A stretch of DNA of 64,000 bases from Isurus oxyrinchus (taxonomy: Eukaryota), in NCBI GenBank assembly GCA_026770705.1, contig JANJGN010000010.1, positions 122,698,001 through 122,762,000 of the forward strand. The letters run 5' to 3'. The notes beneath the pieces were generated by a model. It did not search any database. It saw nothing but the letters and a program-made list of their open reading frames with translations, and was not told the origin of the DNA. Shown here piece after piece: positions 39,780 through 50,770 of this stretch. Made by a program: the position numbers and the translations under genes. The first letter of the stretch is position 1, and each line of letters begins with the position of its first letter.

Positions 39780-40690
39780 AGTCATTAATTAGACCTAAGG
39801 GCATAGTATTATATAGTAATAATTGGAGATTTCAACTATCCTAATATAGATGTGGAAAATAACAGTGTTAAGGGCAAAGAGTGGGAAGATTTCCTGAAAT
39901 GTGTTCTCTTGTACTTTCTTGATCAGTATTTTGCTAGCCCATTGAAGAGGGAAGCACGACTGAATTTTATTCTGCGGAATGTTGGGCAAGCAGAACATGT
40001 TTCACCGAGAGACCATTTGGGAAACAATGATCATTGTATCATTGACTTAAGAGTCATTACTGAAAAGGATAAGGAAAAATCAGATGTGAAAGTATTCAAC
40101 TGGAGAAGGTCTTATTTCGGTGACTTAAAAAAGAATCTGTTCCATGTGGATTGAAATCAATGATTGGCAGGTGAAACAGTAAATGAGCAATGGGAGGCCT
40201 TCAAAGGAGATAGTTTTCCCCATGAAGGGGAAAGGAAAGGCATCAAAACTTGAGCTCCTTTAATGACTAAAGATGTAGGAACTAAAAAGAAGCAGAAGGA
40301 AGCCTATGGTAAATAATTCAGTAGAGAACCTAAGTAAATACAAAAATACAGGGAATAACTGAAAATAGGCAACGAGAGCATATGAGAATAGATTAGCAGG
40401 TAACATAAATGGGTCACTAAAGGTCATAATAAACATAAAGATAGTAACAATGTAGTCAAAGCTAGGATCAGGCAATTAGGGATCGAGATCTTGTAGAAGC
40501 TGAGGTAATAATTTGCATCTGTATTCACTAAAGAATATTCTGCCAAATTCATAGTAAAGAAGGAGGTAAAAAAGGAATTGGATAAGATAAAAATAAGTAA
40601 AATAGATAAAGAGGAGTTACTTAAAAGTCTTCACAAAGCCAGTTCAGGCACAATTGACTGAATAGTCTCCTTCTGTGCTGTCTCATTCTG
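39780..40690 (+). mobile_element. Degraded CR1 endonuclease-region fragment
   Basis: IIGDFNYPNID..FLDQY..HLGNNDH..VFNWRR. Confidence 0.75.
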
Positions 40691-40714
40691 TGATCCTCGG
40701 TCATTCATTCTAGT

Positions 40715-40985
40715 TCTATTCCAGGACATGAGGGTACAAACTAGACTGACACTCCAGCGTAGTAATGAAGAAGTATTTTATTGCCATCCTTCAGATAAGA
40801 CCATAAACCAAGGTCTTACCATTCTAGTGGTTGGGGTGAATATCTCACAATAGTATTCCAAGAGGAATAGAAAGTCCTTCAGTTTCCTGACCAAAATTCC
40901 TTCCTTTCTTTCTCTACCAAAAGCAGGTTATCTTGTAATTCACGTGTTTGATATTTATGGGATCTGCTGTGCACACATTAGCTAA
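40715..40985 (+). mobile_element. Old SINE fragment (DeuSINE/SacSINE-like)
   Basis: AGACTGACACTCCAG..CCTTCAGATAAGACCATAAACCAAGG..GGGATCTGCTGTGCAC. Confidence 0.5.
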
Positions 40986-41219
40986 ATTTGCAAAGCAACA
41001 AGCGCACCTCTGCATTATGACAACAAAGTAAGAAACTGCCTCGCAACCCGCTAAAAACCTAATGAAAACCTAACTCCACAAGAGGAGAGCTATTAATGTG
41101 AATTCCCTTTTCCATTGCATTTTAGTGCTAAACTACAGTTTTGAAAGTGAGCATTTGATCAGCTCAACTGCCTAATTACAGGATAAATTGAAGTTGTCAT
41201 AAGGCTGCTGTTGGGCTAT

Positions 41220-41237
41220 GCTGCCTCCTAGTGGCCA
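41220..41237 (-). promoter_or_regulatory. Candidate CTCF site
   Basis: Reverse strand TGGCCACTAGGAGGCAGC fits the CCACYAGRKGGCR consensus with one mismatch; it lies in unique sequence. Confidence 0.45.
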
Positions 41238-41754
41238 ATGTGGAAAAGAACTGGCAGATTACCTACCTGCAGTAATGGTCACAGGTATGTGACCTGGCCA
41301 ATTCTGCTCATAAGGGTTTAAAAACAAGTTGAAGGGACTCCATAGCCTCAGAAACACCTTAACCATTTGTAGAAAATATTCAGGTCCAAATGTCAGTGTT
41401 GGCATATTTATGCACAGTGGAGTCCTCATCAGGTCATTTTCAATTTGCCAGAGAATAAATACTTGATCTCAGTCTACACTGATCTTATTGTTTATCAAGG
41501 GGAAAGATTTATACAAAATCAATACTCTCAAATTAGGTGAGTTTCTAAACACCAGTGGAAGGATTGCTCCAGTTGCTATGTGAAAAGTCATAAACACATT
41601 TCAATTGAAGTTATGCTTGAATATTGCTACACATAACTAGCAGGGAAATCGATCCTTCCTGGAAGATAGACTGTTTAGCACACATACTGAAGAAATCTGA
41701 CAGTAATAAGTCACTAATTTAGCTCTCCTCCTTTACAAACACAAAAAGCCAGGA

Positions 41755-42740
41755 ATGGTAGGGTAGTAGTAATGTTACTGAACTAGTAATCCAATCCTGG
41801 ACTAATGCTCTAGAGGCAAGTTCAAGTACTACCACAGTGTGGGATGGAGATTTGAATTCAACAAATGAAATAAATAAAATCTTTGAATAAAAAGCTGGTT
41901 TCAGTATGATGATCATTAAACTACCGGATTGCTGTAAAACCCCATTTGGTTCACTAATGTACTTTGGAGAAGGAAATCTGCTGCTCTTCCTGGCCTGGCC
42001 TACAGGTGACTCTTGACCCATAGCAATGTGGTTAATACATAAGTGCCCTCTGAAATGGCCTAGCAAATGCTCAATTGTGTAAACTGTGATGGAATTAAAA
42101 TAAATTTGGACAGACCACCTGGCAAAAGAACCAATAGTGACACAAGGAAAAAGATTTTTTAGACAGCAATGTAGTTACAGTGTGGAATGCATGCCCTGAG
42201 AGTGTGGTGGAGGCAGATTCAATTGTGGCTTTCAAAACAGAATTGGATAAGCACCTGAGGAGAAAAAAGTTGCAGGACCAAGGGGAAAGGACAGGGGATT
42301 GGGACTAGCTGAGCTGCTCTTGCAGAGAGCCAGCACAAACATGACAGGCTGAATTGCTTCCTTCTTAGCTGTATCCATTCTATGATCCTATCAACCTAGG
42401 CACCAGGTACGATAAAGACACACCTGGACCAGTTGGCCTTGCAAACCTCCTCACTAAGCTCTGGGCACTTGTGTCAAAGTTGAGAGAGCTGTCCCACAGA
42501 CTAGTCAAGCAACAGTCTTCTACAATCATACTCACCTAACTACACCTTAGAGTCAATGTCCCACAACACTTCGATCACCAACCCTGGATATGTCCTGTTC
42601 TACAAGTAGGGTAGGGGTGATAGCATAATGATATACAGTCAGGAGCCGACGGCATTGAGTCCAGACCCCTTGAAGTTTCATGGCACCAGGTCAAACATGG
42701 TTAATCCCGCTGATTACCGCCTACTGCTCTCCCTTAGCTG
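41755..42740 (+). mobile_element. tRNA-like SINE head running into the 5' end of LINE family B (CR1 tail inserted at ~42125-42390)
   Basis: Head homologous to 9984-10206. 42390-42740 encodes endonuclease-like LWALVSKLRELSHRLVKQQ..IILT. Confidence 0.7.
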
Positions 42741-42744
42741 TTGG

Positions 42745-43370
42745 GCCCTGGGCTTTATAAATCGAGGCATAGGATGCAAAGCAAGAAAGTTATGATAAAC
42801 TTATATAAATCACTGCTTTGACTTCAAATAGAATATTGGGTCCAGTTCTAGACACCACACTTTAGGAAAGATGTGAAGGCTTTAGAGAGGGTGCAGAAAA
42901 GTTTCATAAGAATAGATCCAGGGATGAGGAACTTCAGTTGTGTGGGTAAATTGGAGAAGTCAGGGCTGTTCTTGGAAACAAGAAGATGAAGAGACTTTTT
43001 AGAGGCGTCCAAAATCAAGAGAGGTCTTGCCAGAATAGATAGGGAGAAACTGTTCTCTTAGGTGGAAGGTTCAAGAACCAAAAGGCAACAACTTAATTGG
43101 CAAAAGAAGCAATCACAACATGAGGAAAACTTTTAATTACACAGTGAGCAGTTAGGATTGGAAATGCACTGCCTGAGGGTGTTATGGAGGCAGATTCAAT
43201 CATAGCTCTCAAAATCAAATTGAATAATTATCTAAAGAGAAAAAAATTGCAAGGCAACAGGAAAAAGACAGGGGAGTGGGATCAGGCAAGCTGCTCATGC
43301 AGAGAGCTGGCACAGACATGATGGGCTGAATGGCCTCCTTCCGTGCTTTAACAATTGCATGATTCTATAA
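42745..43370 (+). mobile_element. CR1 3' fragment
   Basis: HFRKDVKALERVQK and a CR1 3' UTR. Confidence 0.8.
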
Positions 43371-44335
43371 CATTTCATCAAAATTGATGAAAGGTCATAG
43401 ACTTGAAATGTTCATTTTTTTCTCTCTCCACAGATGCTACAAAACCTAAGTCTTTCGAGCTCTGAGGGACTAAGACCTCATACTGTTTATTTTTATAAAA
43501 TATATATAAATATCCTAAATGCTACTTAATAAATTTTAAAACTGAACAAAGGCCCTTAAAATGGCTAAACCTCTGCCAGTCTGTGGCCCTTGAAGCCATG
43601 TTGCTGTTTCAGGGAAACTCGCACCTCGTTATCTCTGAGGAGCCGCTAACAACAACCTGTGAATTGCACAGTCCAACTTCAAAGAGAGCTATACATAGGC
43701 AGTCTGCAGTTAATAACCCAGCCTGGCCAGAAGGAGACTGATGGTCTGCTGAGACAAAAGGCCCTGCAACCTTTCTTTCAATTCATAATAGCTGAAATGT
43801 TTAGCAAACTTTGAGACACAGGTGAATTCCAGACAAGGGACACACATCCTTTGTTAAAGATCTGGTGGAGAGGTAGGGGTCATGTGACATGGGCCTCTGG
43901 CTGGTTGAGACAAGTAATATTGCCTTGCTGAGCTGAAGAGCTCAGTGTGCTATTTATCATCTGACTAGCAGCCTCACAGACAAGAAGCTCTGTCCAGGTG
44001 GAAAACCTAACCCCATCTATGTGGCTCCTGCTGGAAATTCTGTATCACCGCCTACAAGACTGATTCATCTCTGCATGTCTATCTCATCTTGTGAAGTCAG
44101 CACCACCGGAAAAGTGGTGCAGCATCGGTTTTCAGCCTGCTGACCTCCAAGAAGGAACACTTCATTGGACTTTAATTCTGGACTCTGTAACCCACACAAA
44201 ATGATATTTATTTTCTCTGTGGTCTCTGCACTGTAAAACCTTCTCGCTATCCCTCTTTTACTGTATGAATACGAGGGGGTGACGTTGCCTCCCTCCTTTC
44301 CACATTTTGAGTGTCTGCAAATAAACTAACCCTTT

Positions 44336-45016
44336 GGGCTGAATTATCCCCCCATCGGGGGCTAAGTTGAATGGCAGGTGCGCACAAGTGCGCTTCCGAT
44401 CAGCACCCCCAATTGGTGGCATGGTGCCATTTTATGTGGGCGGGCCAATTAAGGCCCACTCAGTGTGACATCTGCACAGAAGCGCTGTGCGCTCCCTGTG
44501 CAGGTGGGGGGGAATCCCAAAATTGAGAATGCGCTCTTTTGCACATGCGCACAAAAGAGCGCACTCATCTCCCTGAGGCTAAGAGCTACCTCAGGGAAAT
44601 CGGCTCAAAATGTTAAAAACCTAAATATAGAAAAGTTAAATCTCCTTTACATGTCCCCTGAGTTGTACAATGTCACATGAGTTGGGATATGTCAATAATT
44701 TTCACAAAAACTTTATTAAAATTTTTAAAAACCTACATGAAACCTCATCCCGCCTGTGGATGAGGTTTCATGCTTTTTCTAGTTCACGCCGGGGCTCCCG
44801 GCCTCAGGTCTTTTAATTGCTTAATTGACTCTGTCAAGGGCCTCAATTGCCCATTGACAGGTTGGCAGATACGCAGCTGATTTCGCTGCGCCCCCGCCTT
44901 CCTGAAAATTTAAATGGGGCGCGGTGACGCCGAGAGGCCCCCGACATCACCACGCGTCATTTCACGCATCAGCGAGCAGGCCCCGCCCCCGCTCGCTGAC
45001 AAGTAATATCCTGCCC
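44336..45016. mobile_element. Harbinger MITE inserted in an LTR
   Basis: TIRs GGGCTGAATTAT / AATATCCTGCCC; the LTR sequence is contiguous in the 3' LTR copy. Confidence 0.85.
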
Positions 45017-45141
45017 TGTGAGATCATCCTATCTCGAGTTTGTTATGGGGTCATTAATAGAAAACTGGATCGCACAAAACCGAGGGGTTTGGAAAATACA
45101 CCACCGCTTATAAAGTGGGAAACAAAGCAAAACATCTTTTT

Positions 45142-45253
45142 AAAATCAAGTTCTGTCAAAGGGTCATGAAGACTCGAAACGTCAACTCTTTTCTTCTCCG
45201 CCGATGCTGCCAGACCTGCTGAGTTTTTCCAGGTAATTCTGTTTTTGTTTTGT
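45142..45253 (+). mobile_element. Short Penelope 3'-end insertion
   Basis: Near-identical to 63305-63408; TSD AAAACATCTTTTT at 45129-45141 and 45254-45266. Confidence 0.85.
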
Positions 45254-45338
45254 AAAACATCTTTTTGTTTGTGGAAAGATGGTGAGAGGAGAAATTAGGG
45301 CTGTTTAAATTAACCCCTCTTCTGTTCATAACAGAAAT

Positions 45339-45356
45339 TGGGGACTCATCCAGGAT
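45339..45356 (+). other. Primer-binding site (tRNA-Pro type)
   Basis: TGGGGACTCATCCAGGAT is close to the canonical tRNA-Pro PBS TGGGGGCTCGTCCGGGAT and lies just after the LTR end. Confidence 0.75.
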
Positions 45357-45510
45357 CACCCATTTAAATTTGACCAGAGTCCAAGTTTAACACATGAGCC
45401 AAACCTGATATAAAAGAGTCAATTAGAAGCCAAAAGGAAAAACTCAGTGGCTGGAATGAATTGTAAAACACAAGTAAGTTACCACAGCAAATTCCTTTCC
45501 CTAACACCAA

Positions 45511-46068
45511 AGGCAGAAATCTCCCTGAGGCATGGAGCTGCCTCAGGGAGATCAAGTTCATATTTAAACTTCAAAATAAAGAGATAAAAAAATTAGTCAG
45601 ACATGTCCCCTCGTATGCCAGTTTCGCATGAGCTGGGACATGTTTTTGAAATGAACACAATTTATTTATTAGTTTATAAAACCTTCATGAAACCTCATCC
45701 CGCCCATGGATGAGGTTTCATGAAAAATGTGAAGGTCACTTAGGCTCTTCGCCTGTCTGCCAACCTGACGGTTGGACGGACAGCATTCAGAATTAGTTTA
45801 TTAATGGCCTTAACAAGCCTTTGACAGGTTGGCGGGTGCACAGCCGCCTCTGTCATGCGCCTGCCCAACAGAAGATCGGAATAATGCGTGGTGACGTCAG
45901 GACACACACCCGACATCACCACGTGTCATTGGGTGGCACTGAGCACTACCGGGTGTGTGTCTTAATTGGCCTGCCCACATAAAATGGCAGCACGCAAGTT
46001 GATCGCGGGTGGCGATCGGCTCTGCACTGCTCCCGACCGGCCCGCCCGACAGGCAGAAGATTCTGCAC
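45511..46068. mobile_element. Harbinger MITE (deleted)
   Basis: Ends AGGCAGAAAT / GATTCTGCAC; internal palindrome CATGAAACCTCATCC..GGATGAGGTTTCATG shared with the other MITEs. Confidence 0.8.
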
Positions 46069-46253
46069 TTGGTGTTAGGGAAAGGAATTTGCTGTGGTAA
46101 CTTACTTATGTTTTACAATTCATTCCAGCCACTGAGCTTTTCCTTTTGGCTTCTAATTGACTCTTTTATATCAGATTTGGCTCATGTCTTAAACTTGGAC
46201 TCTGGTCAAATTTAAATGGGTGATCCTGGATGAGTCCCCAATTTCTGTTATGA

Positions 46254-47433
46254 GCCCGATCATGACCAGGGAAAGAGTAGGGCCCATTAGGGACCAAGGG
46301 TCCACTCTATGGGTGGAGCCAGAGGACATCGCTAGAGTGTTGAATAAATTCTTCACATCCGTCTTCACCCAAGAGAATGAGCGTAAAGGTATCGAACTCG
46401 GGGAGAGAGACTGCGAGGTTCTTGAGCAATTTGATATAAGAAGTGACAAGGTATTGGAGGTGTTGGCAGGCTTAAAAATGGACAAATCTCCAGGTCCGGA
46501 TGATTTGTGTCCCAGACTGCTGAGGGAGGCAAAGGAGCAGATCACAGGGGCTCTGACCCAAATTTTTTAATTCCTCTCTGGCCACAGGGGAGTTGCCAGG
46601 GGGCTGGAGAACAGTTAATGTGGTTCTGCTATTTAAGAAGGGTTGTAGAGATAAGCCAGGGAACTACAGGCCAGTAAGTCTCACATCAGTGGTAGGGAAA
46701 CTATTAGAGAAAGTTCTGAAGGAGAGAATCTATCTCCACTTGGAGAGGCAAGGTTCGATCAGGGATAGTCAGCATGGCTTTGTCGGAGGGAGGTCATGCC
46801 TAACAAATTTGATTGAATTTTTTGAGGAGGTGACCAGATGTGTATGTGAGGGAAGTGCAGTTGATGTAAGTTATATGGATTTCAGCAAAGCCTTTGACAA
46901 GGTTCCACATGGGAGACTTATAAAGAAAGCAAATGCACATGGGATACAGGGTAATTTGATAAGGTGGATTCAAAATTGGCTTAGTTGTAGGAAACAAAGG
47001 GTGATGACAGAGGATGCTTTAGTGACTGGAAGCCAGTGTCCAGTGGTGTACCACAGGGAACTGAGCTGGATCCCCTATTATTCGTCATTTATATAAATGA
47101 CATAGATGACTATGTGGGGGGTAGGATTACTAAGTTTGCGGATGACACAAAGATTGGCCAGGTGGTTAACATTGAGGTTAAGTGTCTTGGGCTACAGGAC
47201 AATATAGATGGGATGGTCAAATGGGCAGATAAGTGGCAGATGGAATTTAACCTGAAAAGTTTGCCTCACATCCTTTAAAAAGTACCTGGATGAGCACTTG
47301 GCATGTCATAACATTCAAGGCTATGGGCCAAGTGCTGGTAAATGGGATTTGGTAGATAGGTCAGGTGTTTCTCACGTGTTTATGCAGACTCGATGGGCCG
47401 AAGGGTCTTTTCTGCACTGTGTGATTCTGTGAC
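46254..47433 (+). mobile_element. 5'-truncated CR1 LINE
   Basis: KSPGPD, FKKGCRDKPGNYRPVSLTS, DFSKAFDKVPH, FADDTK; 3' end GTGATTCTGTGACTC. Confidence 0.92.
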
Positions 47434-47439
47434 TCCGAA

Positions 47440-48300
47440 TCCTCTCCCCTAGCCAAATTTGAGCAGGCAAAGCTCAGAATGCAGCTAGAATTTAAAGAGA
47501 GGGAAAGAGAGAGAGAAAGAGAGGCTCAGGAGAAAGAAAGAGAGAGAGAGAGAGAGAGAGAAAGGGAGATACAAAGAGAGCAATGGAACAGGAAAAGGAA
47601 AGAGAATTCCAGCTCTGAAAATTGGAAATGGAGCTATCAGCTCAAAGGAAGAGAGAGATCAGATAGCTGGAAGGTGCAAGGGGAAATCTCTCTTTACCCT
47701 GTATCACGCCCCCATTTCCCTACCCCAGAACCACTCCCTGAGGCCCTCAGGTACACTAGATTCGTTCCCAAATTCAAAGAGAGTGACATGGAGTAATTGT
47801 TTGCCACTTTTGAGAAAGTAGCAGGACAACTCAAATGGCTGTCAAATAGCTGGACATTTTTAATCCAAGGGCAGCTGTCAGGGAGAGCCCAAGAGGTCTA
47901 CTCTATGCTGTCTCTTGATGTGTCCGATGAATTATGAGCAGATCAAGGCTGCAATCCTAAGTGACTACAAGTTAGTCTGGGAGGCAAATCACCAGCAATT
48001 CCAGAACACTCGTAAGAAGCCCGTACAAACCTACATTGAGTTCTAGTGACAGAAGCAAATTGCGTTTGATCGATGGAAATGATCCTTAAAGGTCCCACAC
48101 ACCTATGAGGAATTGCATGAGCTGATATTGTTAGGGGAATTTAAAGACTGCTTGCTCTCCAGCCTGAGGACACACTTGGAGGAGCAGAGAATCCTCAGCC
48201 AGGGTTGCAGCAGTCACAGCAGACAGCTATGACCTCACCCATAGGCCTGTAAACTCAGGCTGGTCCTTTCCAAACCATTCCCATCAACATTGAAAGGATA
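47440..48300 (+). pseudogene. Gmr1-type Gypsy gag remnant (ER-rich coiled coil and SCAN-like capsid region)
   Basis: EREREREAQEKE.., RFVPKFKESDME, FEKVAGQLKW, GQLSGRAQEVY, ELILLGEFKDCL; contains stops. Confidence 0.75.
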
Positions 48301-48759
48301 AGCAGGGCGACCTAGTTAGGAAAGGCCCTCCCCACCCAGAAAAGAAAACACAAAGGGAAACCTTTTCTCTATCCCTCCTTTGCTGTATCAATACGGGGGT
48401 GGGGGGGGCGGGGGGGGGGGGGTGACGTTTCGATCCTCCCTTCTGCATTTTGAGTGGGAGCAAATAAACTAAACCTTTGAATTCATCTACCTTGAGTTTG
48501 CTGTGGGGTTATGAATTAAAAATTGGACCGCAACAAAACCGAGGGCTTGAGAAATACGCCACCACTTATAAAGAGGGAAACTAATCAAAACACCTTTCTG
48601 TTTACAGGTAGGTGGCAAGAGGAGAAATTAGGGTTGTTTAAATTAACTCCACTCCTGCCTGTAACACAGCATTTTCTGTTTTTATTACACCTTGGAGCAT
48701 AGGTTGACATAGCCAGTGACAGAACCGATCAACCTTGGCCACAAAAGTGCTTCCCTATC

Positions 48760-48908
48760 CAGAATTACCTGGAAAAACTCAGCAGGTCTGGCAGCATCGG
48801 CGGAGAGTCCTCATGACCCCTCGGCCGATGCTGCTAGACCTGCTGAGTTTTTCCAGGTAATTCTGTTTTTGTTTTGGATTTCCAGCATCCGCAGTTTTTT
48901 GTTTTTAT
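48760..48908. mobile_element. Penelope-derived hairpin insertion
   Basis: CAGAATTACCTGGAAAAACTCAGCAGGTCT.. and its reverse complement; TSD TGCTTCCCTATCCAG at 48748-48762 and 48909-48923. Confidence 0.88.
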
Positions 48909-49189
48909 TGCTTCCCTATCCAGGCTGATCTAAGAGGATAGTGACTTGAAGGTGCATCCTAATCCCAAACCTCTACAACCATTGCCCTCAGCTTAGCAAT
49001 CATCAAACTCCGGGTTGGGTCCTCAGCTGCTTCTTCAAACCCTAAATTGGATTTCCTTTCATTTCATTTTTAGCTTATCATTTCTTCCCTTTAAGCTTTA
49101 GCTATGGCCGTCCTTGAGTTGAAATATTTTGAGACTTTCTGAAAGGTCCACAAATCCTTGATTCCTTATTCTGCAATGAAACACCATGA

Positions 49190-50770
49190 ATGAATGAAGC
49201 GAGGATGTCAAAATTTAAATTAAAGAAAATAGCATACACAGACAATAAAGAAAATAAAGAAAAGGATGACAAAAGGCAAGACAGTTCAGAAAAAAAGTCA
49301 AGAAAACAATTAAGATAGCAAAGAGAAACTGTGAAATTAAATTATCAAGGAATGTAGGGTTAAGTAGTAAATTATTTTATAGACACATAAATAACAAAAG
49401 AAAAGTAATGTTAGGGTTTAGGCTACTAAGGGATACACAAGATAACTCAGGTTATTACAGCAAAAAGCAGAAACGTTGAATATGCTCTCATTGTTTTCTG
49501 GGGAGATGTGGTGACCTGACAGTCAAAGAAAGGATCAAAAAAGATATAATAATATGTTTGCTAGGAAATGGGGATATAATTGAAAAATAAATCAAATGTA
49601 GTGAGGTCTGGATGGTCTATATCTGCGTATATTCAAAGAAGTCAGTGAAGAAATTGCCCAGGTGCTATTGTATGTACATAAAAAATCATTAGAAAATAAA
49701 ATAATGCCAGAGAATTGGAGGGTACTTAGTGCAAAACCTATATTTAAAAAGGGTGATAGAACAGGTGGAGGCAACCATAGACCATAGGATCAGTGGTAGC
49801 AAAGATAATGGACTCTTTATTCAAAGCTGTAATAGAAAAACAATCAGAAATCAAAGATATAACATAGAGTAGTCAACATGGATTTCAAAAGGGAAGGCCA
49901 TGCTTGGCCAACCTTGCTGAATTCTTTGGAAAACTAACAGAAAGAGTAGACAAGATTGATGCATTGAATGGTCTCCGATGAGATAGTGATGACTAAAGTC
50001 AGACCATGTGAAGTCAGGGAACAGGTAACAGAATGGATAGCAAGTCAGTTACAAAACAGAAAACAAGGAGCAGGGATTAAGGGTAACTATTCACACTGGC
50101 CAAAGATGGGAAGTGATGCTCCACAGAGATCAGTGCTGGGACTATTATTGCTCACAATTTACATTAAATTTACTTAGAAATCAGAAGTGCAATTTCAAAA
50201 TTTGCAGAAGTAACCAAATTAGCATTTATATGTAAGAAGAATGTGACAAAATACAAGAAGATATCAATAAACTTTCAGAATAAGTGTCTAATTGACTAAA
50301 GCATTTCAATATAGGTACGTGCAAGGTGGTGCATTTTGGTAAGATGATTCAGGAAGGCTTGTTTGGACAATAAGAGTCTAAATGAATAGAGGAGGAAAGG
50401 GATCTGGGGTACAGATACAGAAATCAATAAAAGTAGCAACAAGGTTAATAAGGACATTTAAAAAAAAAACAAACCAAGCACTGGGGTTAGGTTCTAAAGG
50501 GATAGAAATTAAAACAGAAGTTACGTTAAATGTGTTTGGAATCTTGAAAAGACCACGCTTAGAATGCTGTGCACATTTCTGGTCTCCATATTATAAAAAT
50601 AATATGAGGCACTTGAGAAGGAGTAAAAATGATTCACAAAGATGATGCAGAATTGAGGATATATGCTTATCATCAAAGGCTGGAGCTCTTTTCCCTAGAA
50701 AAGAGGAAGTTGAGTGGGGACTAGATAGGGGTTTTTAAGAAACCTGTTTGATAGGGTAGACAAAAAGATG
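49190..50770 (+). mobile_element. Old degraded CR1 ORF2
   Basis: PIFKKGDRT, SQHGFQKGRPCLANL, PQRSVLGLLL, RPRLECCAHFWSP. Confidence 0.8.

Larger units (their letters stand above)
43461..48666 (+). mobile_element. Internally deleted Gypsy (Gmr1/SCAN-type gag) LTR element with nested insertions
   Basis: 5' LTR 43461-45333 (interrupted). Partial 3' LTR ~48355-48666 homologous to 44235-45333, ending TAACA. TSD GAGC/CAGC inside a split Penelope end (43380-43460 and 48667-48690). Confidence 0.82.

Noticed and set aside
44097-44118. REST/NRSE site (TCAGCACCACCGGAAAAG)
   Set aside because: Altered spacing and a poor right half-site; lies inside an LTR.
47479-47796. ER-repeat ORF as a host gene
   Set aside because: GA-rich part of a decayed Gypsy gag between LTRs.
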